Shown: piece by piece, positions 60,278 to 64,000 of the stretch | How positions within the stretch are numbered: the first letter of the stretch is position 1 | How the letters are laid out: the number at the start of each line of letters is the position of its first letter | Source of the DNA: Hyphochytrium catenoides | Lineage: Eukaryota > Protista > Hyphochytriomycota | Direction of reading: 5' to 3' | NCBI GenBank assembly: GCA_900088475.1 | Contig: FLMG01001375.1 | Span: 1-64,000 of the forward strand | Length of the DNA stretch: 64,000 bases | Position numbers and translations under genes: made by a program | Notes under the pieces: generated by a model | What the model was told of the DNA's origin: nothing | Seen by the model: the letters and a program-made list of their open reading frames with translations, nothing else | Database searches by the model: none

Positions 60278-63233
60278 ATGACAAGGAGTTTTGAAGGACG
60301 TGAAGGTGCAAAAGTACAGGCAGGAGAGGGGCCAGAAGAGAGGGTGCAGACCCTTTTAATCGACAACTATGACTCCTACACTTTCAACCTCTATCAGATG
60401 TTGGCAGAGGTGAATCGGAGTCCTCCGATTGTCATAGAGAATGACAGCTTCAACGGCAGCTGGGAGGAGGCGTGGGCCTTCTATAAGGGAAAAGTTGACA
60501 ACATTGTCATCTCTCCTGGTCCGGGCCACCCCGCAAAGAAGGCAGACTTTGGGCTCTGTGCCGAGGTATTCGCCTGACGTCTCTAACATCTCCTCTTTCT
60601 TTCTCATCTAGATATATCCACCATAGATTGACCGTCTCCGGTGCTCTACCACTTTCAGTTGCTTATGTTGCTCTTAAGACTTCCCTTTTATGGATGCATT
60701 GTAGAAGTGGTAGTGTTGCAGTCTAATGCAGGGCGTGATTCTTATCCTCTTTCCCTGGCAATATCGCTCTTCCCTTGCCTCTCTCCCTCTCTTCTATCCT
60801 TCTCCCTTGGCCAGCTTATACATTAACTTGCATTTCGTTGGCAAGGCACTTTTGAGTTCAGAGGTGCCCATTCTAGGAGTCTGTCTAGGGCATCAAGGGT
60901 TGGCGCAACTCTATGGCGGCAAGGTGGTTCATGCTCCAGAAGGGATGCACGGCAGATTAAGCACAGTAGAACACAAGGGCGATGCACTCTTCTCTCACAT
61001 CCCGTCGTCTTTTAGGGTTGTACGGTATCATTCTCTCATAGTAGAAGAAGACTCTCTTCCCAGCTGCATTGAAGCCATCGCCTGGACGAGAGAAAGAGAA
61101 GCCAATGCTGCGTCTCCGTCTTCTTATCAATGCACGCGTTCATCCGCCCGTTCGCTTATCATGGGGTTAAAACATCGGTCTAAGCCCTTTTGGGGCGTCC
61201 AGTTCCATCCAGAAAGCGTTTGCAGTGAACATGGGCACCAGTTGTTGGCCAACTTCAAGGCTTTAACTTTAGGAAAAGGAGCGACGAAGCTGACAGGAAT
61301 CTATGGTCGAGGAAACGAGGTGCACTCGCACCCGCATGTTTCTCGAGCACTCTCTGGCCCCTCTATCTCCTCTGCCACCGCCTATTCCCTTTCCGATAGC
61401 AATAGACAGGTGCTTGCTGAACCAAGGTGTGAGGTGTTGGTGCAACGGGTCCCGTCTCACATCCATCCAGAAGCAGAGCAGGTGTTCTGTCGGCTCTTCT
61501 CGCAGTCGGAAGTCTCTTTCTGGCTAGACAGCAGCAATTATGAGCCACCTCTATCTTCCATATCCCGCAGTGCTTCTTCCAAAAGTACACAGCACCGTTC
61601 ACGCTTCTCCTTCATGGGGGATGGAGGAGGCCCTCTAGCCAAGCTTATTCAGTATGACGTGACCGCAGGAAAGACGACGGTTACTCAGATGAGAAGAAGA
61701 AAGAGGATAGAGGTCCAGTCTGATTTCGCGGGCTACCTTGAGAGTGAACTTCGGCACTTGGGACTCCACAAAATTGTTTCAGTGGAGAAAGAGGAGCGGA
61801 AAGGCGTAGAAGACAGAGGAGATGACACAGATCACGAGTCAGAAGATGGAGCCGACAGCGGCGACATCTTGCCCTTCAACTTTCACTGTGGACTCGTTGG
61901 TTACTTTGGCTATGAAACCTTAGGGGTCGATGACCCGTCAATATTGAGAAGATGGGAACAGGGAGGGTCTTTCTGCCATCCATCTTCTTCTGAAAATCCT
62001 CCTACCGCAACATTTCTCCTTGCGGACAGAGTTGTGGCCTACGACCACGATAGGAAAGAGATCTACCTGCTATGTCTCCAAGCTGTACGAGAGAACGGCG
62101 AAGAGGGCGGTGACGAGGAAGCGTGTCGGAGCGAGGATGGGAAGGCGTCGTGTGAGTTGAAAGAGTGGTTTGACACAGTCCAGAAAGTGCTTCAGGAGTG
62201 TGCTGCAGATACCCAGACAGAAGAAAAGAAAAGGAAACTCTCTCTGAGAAGTGAAGCACAAAGACCACAACTGCCGATGTTCTCTTGTTATTCCTCCAAC
62301 GTGGCTGAAGAAGAGATCATCTTCCGTCCTAACAGGAAGAAGGAGAGGTACCTGAAGGATATAGAGGAGGTCTTACAGGAAATTCGGAACGGAGAGACGT
62401 ATGAGGTCTGCCTGACCAACCAACTAGTGTCAGAGACGGTCATTGAAGACCCTCTCTCCTTCTACTTGGTTCTGAGGAAGAGGAATCCTGCGCCGTACGC
62501 AGCGTTCTTCCGGGTAAACTTCACTATGCCTTTTCCGTGCGATGACTCTTTACTTCCGTTGCCATCTCTTCCCAACTTTGCTGTCTGCTGCTCGTCTCCA
62601 GAGAAGTTCATCTCTGTGGACAAGGATGGTTGGGTGGAGAGTAAGCCTATCAAGGGGACGAGGCCAAGGGGAAAAGGGTTCGAAGAAGACAGAGAAAGAG
62701 CGGAAGAGCTGGCTAGCAACGAGAAAGATAGAGCCGAAAACCTTATGATTGTTGACCTAGTGAGGAATGATCTAGGCAGAGTGTGCGAGGTGGGAAGTGT
62801 GCACGTGCCGCAGCTGATGCAGGTAGAAAGCTACGCTACCGTCCATCAGCTTGTCTCTACCGTCAGGGGGAAGAAAAAGGAAAGTTCCTCTCTTCTAGAT
62901 GTTGTCCGGGCGTGTTTCCCTGGAGGATCGATGACAGGAGCACCAAAGAAAAGGACTATGAGCATTATCAGGAGATTAGAAGGCGCCAAAAGGGGTATCT
63001 ACTCTGGAAGCTTGGGCTTCCTCTCAATTTCTGGGGCGGCGGATTTGAATATAGTTATCAGGACGGCAATCTGTACCAGAGAGGGAACAACTCTGGGGAC
63101 AGGGGGAGCCATCGTCGCTCTGTCCTCTCCTGAGGAGGAGTACGAGGAAATGCTACTGAAGGCAAGAGCTTTGGTGTCTTCTGTGGGTTTTTCTCTATTA
63201 GGAGATCCCACAAGGGCCAAGGTCGTTTTCTAA
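60278..63233 (+). CDS. Aminodeoxychorismate synthase (PabA-PabB fusion, folate synthesis); exons ~60278-60565 and 60846-63233
   Basis: TLLIDNYDSYTFNLYQ, VISPGPGHP, PILGVCLGHQG, VRYHSL, GVQFHPES, FWLDSS, GETYEVCLT, NPAPYAA, KPIKGTRPRG, KDRAENLMIVDLVRNDL, FPGGSMTGAPK. Confidence 0.95.
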
Positions 63234-63694
63234 AGGGGAAAACTACCTCCTTTCCTCGCTTCCATCTCGTTCTTTCATTCTCAATCTCCTCGTTGCCACT
63301 CGTACTGTCCCCTGTACTCGTACTTTTGCACCTAGGAGGTGGTTTGGTTTATCGTCAGACCCTTGGTTCTCAGGCTAGGCTCTCTTTCGCCTCTAGACCG
63401 TCTTACCCTCTATAAGTAGGAGATGTGGAAGAGGCACACAAGGAGATCTTATCCCTCCTCTAGGTGTTTACCTTGATAAAAGAAATAGAGCCCCAGCAGC
63501 AGTAGTAATTGCTATGAGAAGAACTACCTGCGCGTAAGGTGTATATGAAGGAATAGGAGAGTCAGGACGGATGGAACAGGACACAGAGCTCAAGTAACGT
63601 TCTGGGCAGTCGATTAGCGGGCCAGCCCCAGAGGTGCCTGCATCGGCCACAATGCATAAAGAGCGCAGAGACAGGAGATGCGAAACTGAAGATC

Positions 63695-64000
63695 TCAGTC
63701 CTTTCTTATCTTCTTAACAGTCGTTAAGATGTGATTTCTAAGCATTTCTCCAAGCTGTCCCTGCTTCTCCTTGAACGATGGAAAGTAGTTCAAGTCAATG
63801 ACGTAAAGCTCTCCTTTCTCTCCCACGATGACGTCGAAGCCGAACAGAGATAAAGAAAAATGCTGCGCAAGGACGCCAGCAATCTCTCTCATAGCCTTAG
63901 ATATGTCTACTAGGGGATGGGTGATCGAAGTTTGGCTATGTTTGGCTTCACCGTCCCTCTCTACGTCCCTCTGAGTGGACCTGAGGTAGCAGTAGCGCGT
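63695..64000 (-). CDS. ITPK1: Inositol 1,3,4-trisphosphate 5/6-kinase, 3' terminal exon (63695-~63906); gene continues beyond the window
   Basis: ATP-grasp C-terminal signature LSLFGFDVIV...ELYVIDLNYFPSF. Confidence 0.8.
   Translation of the reverse strand, partial: TRYCYLRSTQRDVERDGEAKHSQTSITHPLVDISKAMREIAGVLAQHFSLSLFGFDVIVGEKGELYVIDLNYFPSFKEKQGQLGEMLRNHILTTVKKIRKD

Noticed and set aside
6384-63233. nadB, PPase, HAD, ADC synthase and ITPK1 as a metabolic gene cluster or bacterial contamination
   Set aside because: The pathways are unrelated, the genes are dispersed among housekeeping genes, and most carry spliceosomal introns.

Overview
Gene-dense, intron-rich eukaryotic nuclear DNA with GT-AG introns, abundant (GA)n/(CT)n microsatellites and two N gaps. 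It is probably from a flagellated stramenopile alga. That is an inference from LRRC56/ODA8, an aspartate-pathway NadB, a fused PabA-PabB and a CCT protein. About 18 protein genes can be traced. Recognisable ones are LRRC56, L-aspartate oxidase, Rrn7/TAF1B, an AlkA-type glycosylase, a soluble pyrophosphatase, prenylcysteine oxidase, a CCT-domain protein, a bacterial-type DUF4091/GH123-like enzyme, a HAD hydrolase with one in-frame TAG, a KIX-like/F-box-like/LRR protein, ADC synthase and the 3' end of ITPK1. Several others are unknown proteins. The most striking non-coding structure is a ~714-bp imperfect inverted repeat (29963-30676) that could fold into a long hairpin RNA. Also notable are an exon-by-exon repeat protein, overlapping convergent stop codons, frequent AAG splice acceptors and a probable decayed tyrosine-recombinase retrotransposon. 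No tRNA, rRNA or CRISPR array was seen. All gene models were assembled by hand and exon boundaries are approximate.
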